49,158 nt of DNA, from contig MQRK01209772.1 of the NCBI GenBank assembly GCA_001938485.1, positions 68,756-117,913 of the forward strand, read 5' to 3'. Under the pieces are notes generated by a model, which was not told where the DNA came from, did not search any database, and worked only from the letters and a program-made list of their open reading frames with translations. Positions 1 to 12,920 of the stretch are shown here, piece by piece. Source of the DNA: Girardia tigrina (Eukaryota). Position 1 is the stretch's first letter. Each line of letters starts with the position of its first letter. The translations under genes and the position numbers were made by a program.

Positions 1-74
1 TTTATTCTTATGCCTATTAATTTTGTAAAATAAAAATAAAAACTGCTATGGTGCCCGGAAACTTTTTGGACGAC

Positions 75-78
<4 letters not shown>
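1..78. mobile_element. Right terminal inverted repeat of a mariner-type element (truncated by the window edge)
   Basis: GGTGCCCGGAAACTTTTTGGACGACCTAA followed by TA; the reverse complement TTAGGTCGTCCAAAAAGTTTCCGG resembles mariner TIRs, and the TA target runs into a (TA)n tract. Confidence 0.55.

Positions 79-118
<40 letters not shown>
79..118. repeat. (TA)n microsatellite
   Basis: about 20 TA units; similar tracts at ~2879-2904, ~7864-7908, ~35991-36020. Confidence 0.95.
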
Positions 119-121
<3 letters not shown>

Positions 122-640
122 CGAGTTCATATTAATAAATTATGTTACTGCAAATATTTTATTATTTTTTCATCAACCCCGTGTTGTAAAACTCTTTTAT
201 GTAAATTTTCTAATTTAATAACTTATTCAATGCAAAACCTTCTAATTTATGAATAATTCTAGATATTTGTAAATATAAATACCTTTGCTCTTCTTTTTTT
301 TACAAAAAGGTATTTAGAAATATTGTTATACTTTTATAAACATAACATTTGTGAAAATAAAAATAAAATATGCAACGGTTCACATAAACAAATTTCAGTA
401 AATACACAGAACCACTATGTCAATTTAAGATTCTGTTTTATTGTATTTATGTGTTGCAAAAGAAGTAACCATAAAATAGTTTTAGTATCAAACCTTATTT
501 TGTACGAGTATTGGTAAAAATACGTTATTTGATGAATACCGACGGGATATAATGTTTCATATACTTTTTAAGTGTTATCTAAATTCAATTTATCAACGAA
601 TTCTTCTTTATTTTGCTTTATTTTGTGTTAAATCGCAAAT

Positions 641-882
641 GCTGACTTCTTAGAGGAATAAATAGCGTTTAGCTAAATGAAATGGAGCAATAACAGGTCT
701 GTGATGCCCTTAGATGTCCGGGGCCGCACGCGCGCTACAATNNNNNNNNNNNNNNNNNNNNNNNNNNNNNNNNNNNNNNNNNNNNNNNNNNNNNNNNNNN
801 NNNNNNNCAGGAATAGTGGATTGAAATTATCCCACTTGAACGAGGAATTCCTAGTAAGCGCAAGTCACTAGCTTGCGCTGAT

Positions 883-928
<46 letters not shown>

Positions 929-929
929 A
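641..929 (+). rRNA. 18S rRNA: Orphan 18S rRNA fragment (3' part), probably an rDNA pseudogene; triclad-like
   Basis: Universal eukaryotic SSU motifs GCAATAACAGGTCTGTGATGCCCTTAGATG, GAACGAGGAATTCCTAGTAAG and GATTACGTCCCTGCCCTTTGTACACACCGCCCGTCGCTACTACCGATTG; N gap at 742-807; both flanks are AT-rich non-rDNA. Confidence 0.93.
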
Positions 930-1476
930 GCCCTCTCTACGTATTCGTTTTCCATTCATGTTCCACAAACTATCCAACAAAAGTTGAATAAGTTTCGGTT
1001 TTATTTGATTAAAGAGAAAGAATAATTAATTTTCCTTATAAAAATCGCATGATATTTAATTTTTATAAATATATTAAAATATAAAAAATAGATAAATACT
1101 TTAAATTAAAAAAAACTTTTATTTTATAAATATTAGATTTTTTTAAATTTCTTATTTTCAAAAGAAAAATAAAACGAAAAAAACATTATCATTATTAAAA
1201 TCAATATTTCTTTAAAAATATAAACTCAACTGAAGCTGAATTATTAAACTACAAAATATTTCATTTGTCTACTTTCAGAAATGAACCATATGAATAAAAA
1301 TGTATTAAAAATTACATATAATAATAATTTTACTTATTTATATTTTAAAAAAAAATGATCTAAATAATGTTTTATCCATTTCTATTTTACATTTGAAACG
1401 AAAAATTTAAAATAAAAGAAACAAATTTTTTTCACGCCCATACAACTTTTATTTTAATTAGATTATATTTACTATA

Positions 1477-1902
1477 TGTGGGGAATTTATCTATAGTTTT
1501 ATCAATTTAAATATTAATTTTAACTTATTTAATTTTTAATTAGATTTAACGGTTTTGTACTTGAAATATCATTTGCATTAGGAAACGAAAGTACTTACAA
1601 AATGTTTTAAAAATGGTACAGATTGGAAAGGGTTGGTAGTTATAAGCAAGAGACAATAAGGTAAAATATGTCAATGTATTTATACTGTATCCTAGTTAAA
1701 TCATAGATCTGATGATGGCTCCAAAATATAAATAATTTGTAGCATTAGTTACTACTGCATGATTTTTAATTTAAGCTGATGTCATTAACATTATATAAAA
1801 CGTTACCTTAATGTTGTCTAATGTCAGACAGACCTCTTCTAAATGATAGCATAAAACAATCACGTCGACATATATCAACCATTCACAACAATATTCCTCA
1901 CA
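1477..1902 (-). mobile_element. Probable solo LTR (Gypsy-like)
   Basis: Bounded by inverted termini TGTGGGGAAT (1477) and ATTCCTCACA (1902); no matching TSD seen. Confidence 0.45.
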
Positions 1903-1969
1903 CATGAAATATTTTTATTTATTACAAAAACAATGATACAAAAGTAGGAAAAAACTTTTTGTTTACCAT

Positions 1970-2060
1970 TGTAAGGAATATTTTAAATTGTGAATGGATA
2001 AGGTATGTTTCATTGAGTGTGATAAACTTTTAATTGTGATTCTCTAACCAAGTGGGAAAA
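1970..2060 (+). mobile_element. Gypsy LTR family copy A (5' part)
   Basis: TGTAAGGAATATTT start plus the family motif TTGTGATTCTCTAACCAAGTGG at ~2034-2055. Confidence 0.55.
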
Positions 2061-4627
2061 TTGGGGCTGATCATAGGAATAGAATTTAAATTTTAAAAAT
2101 TAATTAAAATTTAAAAATCTGATAGAATTTAAATTTTAAAAGTAATAATATAGGATTGTTTCTAATATAAGTAATCTTTTTTTCAAAAATCAAACAAACA
2201 TGTTTAATGTTTTAATTAGAAACATTTTAGATGTTTGAATAATTTTAAATTAATTTAATTATTTGTATAATTTGATAAAATATTTTGAAGTTAAAATAAT
2301 AAGAAATGTAAGAAACGGAAAGAATAGAGGATAATAGAATATCAATCACGAGAGAAGGTTAAAGATGTTGTTACCAAATAGGAAATTACTTTGTCCCGTA
2401 TTGATTAATATATCAGTCGTTGGTAGTAAGATTTGATAGAGAATGGTAAAAAATGTATTTGTTATCGGATGAGATTCTTCATCGATTCCGGAACGAATAC
2501 CACGAGAAATTTGTTGATATTCGAGTGACGATTCAGGATTTTATAGATAATTTAACCCGTCAATTTGAGATTGTGTTCGGCGTTGTCGAAAAATAAATTA
2601 ATTGGTTTTGTGGATATTAGAATATCGACATCCAATTGTGGAATGTGTTCATCGAATTCCGAGAGGATTCGTTCGAGTGATTGTTTTTGTCGTCTTTATA
2701 GTTTTTGCCGTTTATTTGAATGAGAAACCGTGAGAATAAAATCGTTGTCGAATGGATATTTTTATAATTTATTATATTGAATAATATAAAAAAATCAATT
2801 TCCCTTATGGATTGAATTTGTTATATTATATGAATTATTAATTAATTTAAGTATTGAAATAATAAAAATAGTATAAATAATATATATATATATATATATA
2901 TATAATAACTTCATAAAATAATGTGATAATAAACACTTAATAAATAATTTTATAATCTATGCATAATAAATAATAATATGATAAATACATAAATATACCA
3001 ATTTTAATATAGGTAAGCATGATACACGACACTATGATGTTTTCAAGTAGTTGGTTCACTACAATAACAAATGATGAAAGAACCTCAGAGAGTTGTGATG
3101 ACTCTAAATGTGATATTAATAAATGTTTGCATAGTAATTGTATCGGTGATCTTAAAAACCTTAAATAATATTATTACAAAAACGTTTTTTACAAAAAAGT
3201 ATTTTTATTTAATTTTCAGTGAATTTTCACAATCATTTAATAATTTATTTAAACTTTGAAATGTTCTTTAAAAAAACAGTTTTTCAAATAAAGTTTCTAA
3301 AGAAAATGTTTCTTTTGTCTTTGTAGTACGTAAAGTGCTTTCTAAGACATTGAAAATCGATTTCAATAAAGTATATTTTAGTTTTCATGTATGATTTAAT
3401 TCATATTTTAAATAAATAGTACATTAATATAAATATTATTACCATTTATAATAATTTTTATTTTGAATTCTAACTTAATTTTAAATAAAAAATAAACTCT
3501 TTGGAAACATCAATGAAAATGACCGTCTTGTTGGATTAATGTAAATGGGTTTTTAAAATGGCTTTTTCCAACTTCTTGTTTGCTAATCGTATTAGAATTT
3601 TTAATATTATTTTTTACAAAAATAATCATCTACTTTCGTTTTGGTTTAGTTAAAAAGAAATCAATGGCAAAAAATAATACTCTGTGTTTCATTTGATTTT
3701 TTTGTCACAAATCCTACAACTATCCGTAATTGAAATCACTTTTTGATATTTTTTCTTAATTATCCCCTTCCCCAAAAATTCGGTTGTAAATATATCTAAT
3801 GAATTTATTAAATTCTGAGAAAAGTCTTTAATCATTAAACAAGTTAAATGATGCATATATCTTTAAAATAATTTAATATAATATTTTATTTGTGTAATAA
3901 AAATGTTCATTTAGTAAAATAAATTCTCATAAAAAGATGTTTTATCTTTAATATAGTTTCCTAAAATGATTCTTATAGCAGTGTTGTAATTTGCCTATCC
4001 CATTTTTAACGAAATTAAAGCCTTAGGCCTTTAACAGTTAAGCTGCTTTTTTAATTAATTCATAGAATTCTTTGGCTTGTTAAAATAAAAATTGCGTTTG
4101 TGAAATTAAAATTTGTTATAAAAAATAATTATGCAAAATTCGAATGTTGTAAACATTGTGTATCATCATTATTTTGTAAGTGAAATGAATGTAAAGGGAA
4201 ATATAAAGAGTTAAATTAAAAACAAATTAATGTATTAATATACTAGCACCTAAAATCTAAAACTTTTTTTTATTTTCTATAAAATCAAATCTTGATTTAA
4301 GTCAGACATCCAAAATTTACTTATTAGAAAAATATAGAAAAATAAGTACCATATTGACAAACAAAAATTGTATAATTATAAATGGGTAGAACAAAAATAT
4401 TGAATTTAAACAACTTGGTGAACCTCTTGGTGAATATTAAACTAAATTTTATGGGAGGGATATAGTAAAGGTCATATAAATTATATTAATAGGATTAATG
4501 ATACACAATAGTTACACCCAAAATAAATGACTATCAAACGTTAATCAAAGAAAACAAAAATAAGTTTAAGCATCACACAATAAAGAAAGATAATTGGAGT
4601 AGTCTTAAGTGCGAATTGTTCCTGATC

Positions 4628-5916
4628 GGTACTTTTCTATTGGATCTTTTTATCCACATACTTATTTATAGGTAAAGTATACATTTTTAGAATGCTGAGC
4701 GTCGTCAAATTCTGATGGTATATAAAAAAATCGAAAAAAACATCAAAAATTAAAAAAAAATTTAACAAGCGTTTTTTTAAATGAACTTAGAAAATTTTAC
4801 CCTAAAAAAAAATTAAGAAAAATTATATATCCTCATCTATCAATTCGACGCAATCCATTTGTTTAAACTGGCGACACTGACAGCGAAGAAGACGAACACG
4901 GAACAGTTCGTATGTCACAAAGAAGCTTGCAGCGAATTTTGAAAGACGACTTACAGATGAGTCCTATCATTTGCAAATGGTTCATGCCTTGGAGGAGACC
5001 GACTATGCCGCTCGAACCGAATTGGATCGATTGGATGAAGATACAAACAGACTCAACAATCTTCTTTTTACGGATGAAGCCCACTTTCATTTGGACGGAA
5101 GCATCAATCGTCAAGACTGGATCATGTGGGCCGATGAAAATCTTCATTGGTTTGATGTTCGTCGACTTCATCATCAAAAATTGACAGTTTGGATGGGAAT
5201 TGGTGTGGAAGGTGTTGTTGGACCATACTTTTGGGAACGACAAGGAAATGAGCGCGGAATCAATGGTCGTTGGATGACTGAATTGCATCAAGAGCACGTT
5301 ATTCCAGAGCTTCAAACTTGGCCGAATTTCAATTCTCTCATTGAGCAGCATGACGGCGCTCCGCCACACATTCTTGGAGATTTTCTTCAATTGTTGGGTC
5401 AACAGTTTCCAAATCGATGGATAGGTTGCAGAACACGGGCGCATCCTGCTCCATTTACATGACCACCGCGCTCGTCAGATCATACAGCATGTGACTATTG
5501 GTTATGGGGCTACATGAAAGGTCGAATTTATCATCGCAAACAACGTCCAAGCACACTCGAAGAGTTAAGCGCAGCGATTGAAGGAGTTGCCAATGAAATC
5601 CGTGGAGACCGCGTACTTCGTGAACGCGATGTGGCCGACTACAGACGACGTTTGCATGAATGTTTTCTTAGAGATCGAGGACAAGTTGAAATTCGATAAT
5701 TAATTGTTGTCATGCTTTTATGGAATAAAAATCTTGTTAAATTTTTCGTTTCAAAAACTTTTTTTTAATTTTTGATGTTTTTTTTTGATTTTTTTATATA
5801 CCATCAGAATTTGACGACGCTCAGGATTCTAAAAATGTATACTTTACCTATAAAAAAGTAGGTGGATAAAAAGATCCAATAGAAAAGTACCTTGGAGTTT
5901 GTCTTGCGTCACCCTG
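4628..5916 (+). mobile_element. Defective rosa/Visitor-type Tc1-mariner transposon with long TIRs; DD46D spacing
   Basis: Inverted repeats of ~120-140 bp (from 4628 vs ~5730-5892); right end ...CACCCTG|TA; transposase motifs FTDEAHF, QHDGAPPH, *PPRSSDHTACDYWLWGYMK; frameshift near 4975 and TGA at 5460-5462; outer part of the left TIR is missing. Confidence 0.9.
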
Positions 5917-6649
5917 TAGACTACTCATTAGACAAATAAAAAAAGTGTCATATTGACAAACAATAGTAGACTCTTATAGTTGAACAAGAAGTATAAAATC
6001 GACACTTGGCAAAATTTTTTAAAGGTTTTTGAAGCTGTAAATATATGTCCGTTGACGCTACTATTAACATCAGAAAAAAATTGATAAAGCAAAAATATAG
6101 GTAAAATAAATAGAAAAAGTACATTTATTCAACATCTAAAAACTTCTTTGGATGTTTGTTTGTAACAGTTGAAAATAATTATTTTAAAACATGTTTTTGC
6201 ATGTCATAAATAAATCCTTAGAATTTACTATCATAAATCACAGGTCCGAAGAAACGTACCACTTAATAATTACCATTTAAAGTCGATTTTAATTTCAAAT
6301 TTTTTGAACCCAAACAAGAATTAAAATATTGTTTGCATAAATTTATGTATCAATCAAATAAAAGACGTTAAAATGAACAAGTGCTCAAGTTACAATCTAG
6401 ACATGTATTTATTCTCCTTTTTCTTTGGCGTCCTCTGCCACATTTAATGTATCATTTTTATGTATTTATACTGAGTCAGGTTTATTGTGAATTATTCTTG
6501 GAACACAAGGACGATCGTTGAAGCATAATAAAAGCATTTGCTTTAACCAGGGAATGATATGATAAAATAGGTTTTCAAATTTCTTTTTGTCATGAAGAAT
6601 ATTATTATTAATACACTATCATTCAAATTTAATATCATTCAAATTTATA

Positions 6650-7860
6650 CAGGGTGATCATAAAGTAACTACCTGGTTTTAAACTTTAATAACTTTTTTG
6701 GCAAAACATTTTGAAAAAATGGTTTTAAATAACAAAAAACAATTTATTAAAATTTAATAATATTCAACAGAATAACCATCGACATCAATACAATATTTAA
6801 GGCGTCCTTTAAAAGACTTAATTGCATGTTGGCACATTTCACCATCTATTTTTGCCGCTTCTTGGCAAATAAAATCTTTACGTTACTGAATTGTTTCTGG
6901 TTACCTCTTATACTTTTCATTTTTCAAATACCCACACACAAAAAAATCGACTAGTGTCAAATCAGGTGACCTGGCCGACCATACATATGGACCACATCGT
7001 CCCAGCCAACGTTGTGGAAACGCTTCATCCAGATATTGTCTCACAATCAGTGAATAATGGGCATGTGCTCCATCTTGCTGGAACACAGCTTTCCGTTTGC
7101 GTGTTCTTGATAACGATGTCATAAAATAACTTTTTACATATCCAGGTAAAGCGCCGCTGTTATGTTTCCTTCAATAAAAAAGAGCTCATAAACACAAGTT
7201 GAAGACAATCCCATCCAAACATTAACTTTTTCACTAGCCTGTGACCTCTGATATGTTTCGGTTATTGTTTGAGTGCCCCAAATGCGACAGTTATGTCTAT
7301 TTACAACGCTGTTAAGATGGAAAGTTGACTCATCAGAAAATATCAGGTTACTAAGAAAATTTTCATCTGTATCTATCGATTGAATTAACGTTTCACACAT
7401 AACACTTCTAAGAGCTCAATCTTCTTCATGCAAAAGTTGCGTTGCTTGAAATCTGTTGGGGAACATTTTAAAGTCGTTTCGTAATACTTTTTGAACAGTT
7501 CTATAAGAGCAATTCAGAGCTGACAACGATTTCCCGATAGAAGATTGGGGTTCTTGCTTAAAATGTTTTGCAGTCTCATTTTTCTTTTCATAATCAATTG
7601 GTGGTCTTACAGATTTTGGGGCATTTAGAACGCTTCCTGTTTCTTCAAACTTTTTGAAGATGCTTCTAATACTTTTTTCGGTACGAATATTTTTCAATAT
7701 AAGTCGTTGAAGTTATCTTCTTACTAAAGTCTCTGACTCATGCTTCGCAAAAAAATAACAAATTTACACAAATTAAATCACTTAATTATAGTATTTCAAT
7801 TTGATAAAAGAAAACATTACTTTTTTGTTTATAAAAATTTTAATAAATGTTTTATGTTTT

Positions 7861-7863
<3 letters not shown>
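6650..7863 (-). mobile_element. Defective rosa/Visitor (DD41D) Tc1-mariner transposon
   Basis: TA|CAGGGTGATC terminus at 6650; fragmented ORFs with FSDESTFHLN, QQDGAHAH and WSARSPDLTLVDFF (41 residues between the 2nd and 3rd D); far end lost at a (TA)n tract. Confidence 0.9.
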
Positions 7864-7911
<48 letters not shown>

Positions 7912-7999
7912 AGTGGATCAAAACTTACAAACTTACTAAATAATTTTATTTTTGAGAATTTTTAACGAAGTAAATGCTGAATCCAATTATTTATAAATT

Positions 8000-8670
8000 A
8001 ACCAGACTGACTGTATAACCGTCGGGTGCATAGAACTTTTGTATTATGAAACTGATCCAATAACTGCTAGAAAACGCGATCTTTAAGAAAGATCAAGAAA
8101 ATTTTCTTCAGAAGCTACAAGAATTATTTTTTATGCATCAACCAACATCAATCCAACAAATCATTTATTAAATAGGACGACTGAGAGCTGTTGTAATTCC
8201 TGATACTGTTAAAGTCATCAAAATAAAGATTGTCCGCTTTAGATGGACTTCATAGCATTATAGCTTGATAGCGAAGCAATGGAGGACCACAGTTGAATTT
8301 GATTAAAACCATTTTAAAATGGAATGGTAGTGATTAAAATGCCTGGTACATTAAATCACAAATACTTTTCGAATAAATTTCTGTTCTGAGATTAATTATT
8401 TACAGCGAGTCAGAATGGGTGGTGCTGTTTTTGGGACTATAAATAATTTGTGTTATTTACGTCCATCAATTTGATGATTAGGACAAATGATATCAAAATG
8501 GATATGCTTTTAGTCTTTGATGTGTGATGGTTAGAAAACTGTTTTTTAGAACATTAATATGATTTTTGACACATTTATTATTATTTGTCCACGGACAACA
8601 AAATTTCGATATGGATCTCAGGTTGTCAACCTTGTCTACCTTTCACATCACTGATCAAGATAATATAACT
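8000..8670 (+). pseudogene. Decayed WD40-repeat gene fragment (possibly WDR49/WDR64/EFCAB8-like)
   Basis: Translations LFTASQNGWCCFWDYK (~8397-8445), LLVFDV*WLEN and STDNKISIW(D)LR (~8590-8625) look like WD40 strands; many stops and frameshifts. Confidence 0.4.
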
Positions 8671-9039
8671 AAATCTAATTTATACAGTTCAAACAGTTGA
8701 GTTATAAAATATCTGCTCTTCTCAATTATAGAGTAATACTATAATCATATGATTTTCTAGCAAATTTTCAAAGGAAATTTGTTTTATTTGTGTATAATAG
8801 CAGTATAAATGGAATAAGATTTCATGTATTTGACAAACGGAAATCGTTTTGTGCACCAGAAATATTTTCCCGGAAAGCATATATGTGGACAATATACTTC
8901 TAAATGACTTCGGAAATTAAGATTGACATCAATGTCAGACAGGAAAGCGATAACAGTTACATGCTTTTTAAATTAAGGCATTTTAAGACATGACCAAGAA
9001 TGTGAAAGATATTTTATTAAAGTTTTCATTTTTCTTTTC

Positions 9040-10122
9040 ATTCTTAATAGTTACTGTTGACTTGTTTGCGAGGGAAAACTTCTTATGGTGTTGTGCAAAT
9101 ACATTTAAAAGTCCTTGTTTTTGAATTTCATCTTTGGGGAACAAGTGAATGTTCTTGCATTAAAGCCAATCTGCGTTTGGCTTGAACATTTTGACACCAT
9201 CTCTCTAACTGCAGCGAAAGTAGAATCATCTGGTCAATTCCATGATACTGAAGAATTTTTTCATATCTTTAGTCAAAAAGTCTGATATTTCCAGAAATAT
9301 TACATAAAGTGCTACGATTTCCTTTAAAATTCTTGATCTTCAATGATTGCACAACTTTAATGTCCATGTAAACACTAATTCTCTCATCAAATAAACAAGA
9401 GGCAATATATTCTTCATTTAAATACCACGTATGCACGTTACGCTGCTTTTGACTTTTCTTGATTGATAGTTTTGAATTCAAGAATTCATTTGTGCATCAG
9501 AAGATCATTAAAAGAACTTTTGTTGAGTTTTCTGCAGTGATTCTTGATTTAAGATAAACAAGACAAACGAATAGATTAAAAAAAACCGCAAAGATGTCAA
9601 TTTCTCTACTGCCACGTGAAACTGGGATTGGAAGATGATAATTCTGAGAAAAGAAATTGCTTTAACTATTCATCGAGCTCAATGCATTGCTCCTTGTGCC
9701 ACAAAGTCAATTCTTCTCGATGTACTTTGTCTTTAAAGAACAGCATGAAAAAGCACAAGATGTCAATGACAAAGCAATATCTATACGTACAAAAAAATCA
9801 ACACATAAATTAAACCAAACACTTTAAAAATGCACTTAAAAACCCAAAATACAAAAACGATGAAATCAAGAGAACATAGCAGAAAATTTTAGGGCAAAAT
9901 TAAGACTGTAGGATATCACCTATAAAAGTTTTCCATCAAAATAGAATAACTCCAGTAAGGTTATTGATTATTTAAATGTGAAGGCCCTCATGATTGATTT
10001 TCATTTGAATAAATTATGGAATTTCAATTGAAAAATTAATACACATATTTATTATGGAAATAAGAATATAAATAAAGGGTGACCATTTTTTATCAAAAAA
10101 CGTATTTTGGATACCACCCTTA
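9040..10122 (-). mobile_element. hATm-like transposase remnant with terminal region
   Basis: HTWYLNEEYIASCLFDER and downstream LALMQE...KDEIQKQGLLNVFAQHHKKF match the HLWYLSEE...LLQVVEEHRK C-terminus of this family; possible TIR TAAGGGTGG on the minus strand at ~10122. Confidence 0.6.
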
Positions 10123-10143
10123 TATGACAAAAATTAGTTTTAA

Positions 10144-10205
10144 CACTGTGACTGCCATGGCTATCGCATGCGATTTCCAGTAATTTTGGCTTGGCAATCA
10201 AAGTG
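10144..10205. mobile_element. 62-bp piggyBac-type micro-MITE
   Basis: TTAA|CACTGTGACTGCCA ... TGGCAATCAAAGTG|TTAA; TIRs match at 12/14; TTAA TSD on both sides. Confidence 0.75.
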
Positions 10206-10621
10206 TTAAAAGTAAGAGTTCTTTCAAGTCCTCTTTATTATTTATATTTTGTTAAATTAAGGCGAATTGATATAAAAATGAAATATAATTTATAACTTGT
10301 TTTTAATGAACAGTTTTTAAATAAATTTTTATTCGTGTATAACAAATTTGAAATTATATAATTTATAGATCCTAAAGGTCTCTGATAATTGCGTTACTGT
10401 TTCAAAATTTAACAAAATTATTTGAGACTCTCTTTTACAAAACATTTCCCTTGGGATGAAAATTGAAACTATCTGAATATTCATTTTAAAAAATATGAGG
10501 CAACTGAAAACAAATATTATTATAATAATACTATTTTATTTTTTTTTTGATTATTTTTTATTATTCAATGAAAAAAATAAAATTTTATGTACATTTTATA
10601 TGATTATATTAAAATATAAAT

Positions 10622-10923
10622 TTTGAGAGATAATTTGGAATGTTGTAAGTTTGTTGTTTGTATGCTGATTAGATTTGTGACTCTCCTACTCAGATGGGAT
10701 TGATATGTTATTTGATTGATTATTTGAATTTGATGATATTAATGTTAAGTACTAATTAATTAAAGTTTTATAATTATGAATTTTAATAATATTTTTAGTA
10801 AACGATTTTAACTTATTAAATTTAACATATTTTAAAAATTAATGTTCATTTAAAAAATTACGTAATGCATTTTTTATCCAATAACATTTAAGAAATTAAA
10901 AATTAATATTAAAAACTTTCCCA
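10622..10923 (+). mobile_element. Gypsy LTR family copy B (solo LTR, ~300 bp)
   Basis: Degenerate start, motif TTGTGACTCTCCTACTCAGATGG, and 3' blocks TATCCAATAA and TTTCCCA shared with copy C. Confidence 0.65.
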
Positions 10924-11599
10924 TTCATTATTTTTTTATATATGAATACATAAACAAAAACTATATCAATCAAAGAAAGATGACCTCTGAAAATTGTTGT
11001 GAAGAATCTGTTTGTGTAAGCTTTGCTGTAAGCTTTTTAAGAGGATTTTTTGTTTTGTATTAACTGTAATTCAATGTCTATGAAAATTATAAATGTATTG
11101 ACAAAAAATATAGATCAGTACTCACCCCCGGTGAATGACGTACAGCGCATTTTCTCTTAGATCAGTGTTTTTCAAATAACAAAAAACTAAAAAAGTTACT
11201 AATATTTTTCTACCTGAAGTTTTGGCATGTGTAAAATTTTAATTAGAAATAATTTTAAACCAAATGGAGTGTTTAAAATCATATATATGTATTTAAGAGA
11301 AATAATAAAATACTTTGATTTTGAGATATCCGCAATGGTCTAGAACATGAATAATTAACTTTTTTAATCAATGAACCAATTTACATTTTAATTTTTTTTG
11401 CAGGCCGCACATAAATTAACATATTAATAACTTAAAAACTTTATTTAACATAAAAATTAGAATAAAAAATATAAAATTTCAAAAAAATGTAAAGATTTCA
11501 TTTACAAATTTAATGCAAAATAAAAACAAAAAAGAAAAGAACAGAAAAACGAATTCATTTGAAAATTTTAATAAGAAATTCGGCATTATTTTTTTATAC

Positions 11600-12920
11600 A
11601 AGCTGATCAATATCAGCCGAATAGATGAGGTAGGAACAAGTACGCAGTTTTCTAATCGTGCATCAGTCCGTCTTGATCGGGGGTCATATTTGATTAATTC
11701 CATGGTTGAAAATAATTGTTTGCAAACATACGTAATTCCGATCAGAGACATCATTTACTTTGCATTTTTCGACAAAAGCAAAAATTTCTCATGGCTTACA
11801 AAAGTTTTATAAAGATTTTCTAAGTTTATTGATAAAAATACATTTTTTAAAACGGTATTATTCTACATGTTAATCACTTCAATTCGAAAATTTTCAGAAA
11901 CTGTATCCACATCGATATAAAATGTCGAGGAAAACATTTTCATGGAAACTTCAATCTTCTGAGCTTTGGACATTTGCAATCGTAATTAAAATTCGTTGAC
12001 TAAAATGTATATATATTATGCTTATTTTTGAGAAGTAGTAACGTTTTTTTAATGGAGAAAGTGAGTCACATTCTTCTGCAAAAGATTCTGTTTCCACAAT
12101 TGTTATTATTGTTCAAAGCCCTGAATTTTATCATAAAATTTTTTAAAAAAAACTGTCATTTGCCTTGACGTTCCACATGTCGATGCTAAATTATGTCGAT
12201 AAGAAACCCATAATAGTACATCCATTCTTTATTATCAAAAAGAGAAAAGACATATTCCTTCATATCCAAGAACAATTGTATTTCGCTTTTTAAGTCGTAT
12301 ACTCTTTTTGGCATTGCACTTCGACAAAGCTAACGTACTTCGGTATTAAAAACCACGTTGCAATATTTATATTTTAAATGTCTCAGGAATTCTTAAAATT
12401 CACGGTCATTTAACACTTGCAACCGTATAAAATTGATTAGTTTAATTATTGGTACTGTGACATTTGGCAAACTCAGTCTTTTTGTACATAAATTTTCCTA
12501 GTGAATTATGCAATAGTTAACGAATGTTTCCCTTCCTGCAACTTTCTTAATTTCTTGAAATTGTGTACCCTATACTCATATCTCCATGCTTGACATTACT
12601 CGTGCTCCATCTGTGGATATAGCAATAAACTTTTCAAATAAATTTGAAAAATTTTCCAACACAGAGTTAAGTTCATTGTACAGGTCCTTGCCAGCTGAAG
12701 TCTCTTGCACTGGCATCAATGAACACAATTATTCAATATTACTATATTTGGTGTCAATACCACGGAATAATACAACCAGTTATGCTTTATCGCTAATATC
12801 GCAACTCTCATCAAGTGCCAAAGAAAATTATTTGAATTTTACGATGAATTCTTGTTATGTTGTCGGACAGTCTGCAATTTTCCTTTTAATGGGGAATCTT
12901 GATAAACTAAGGTTTCAAAT
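11600..12920 (-). pseudogene. hAT (Buster/SPIN/GTF2IRD2-like) transposase pseudogene, C-terminal two thirds
   Basis: LSLSRFPIKRKIAD, FSLALDESCDISDKA*LVVLFRGID and the dimerization-domain motif IGITYVCKQLFSTMELIKYDPRSRRTD; cut off at ~12920 by the piggyBac-like leader. Confidence 0.9.

Noticed and set aside
677-871. 64-aa ORF
   Set aside because: Spurious translation of 18S rRNA across an N gap.
4863-5444. 193-aa minus-strand ORF
   Set aside because: Antisense shadow of the Tc1-mariner transposase.
5460-5462. In-frame TGA at a conserved Trp, suggesting a variant genetic code or readthrough
   Set aside because: Relics across the window contain TAA, TAG and TGA stops plus frameshifts; ordinary mutational decay explains it.
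4320-6010. Diverged ~100-bp direct repeats (CATATTGACAAACAA core at ~4350 and ~5949) around the DD46D element
   Set aside because: Not at the element boundaries and too diverged to be a TSD or LTR pair; probably an older local repeat.
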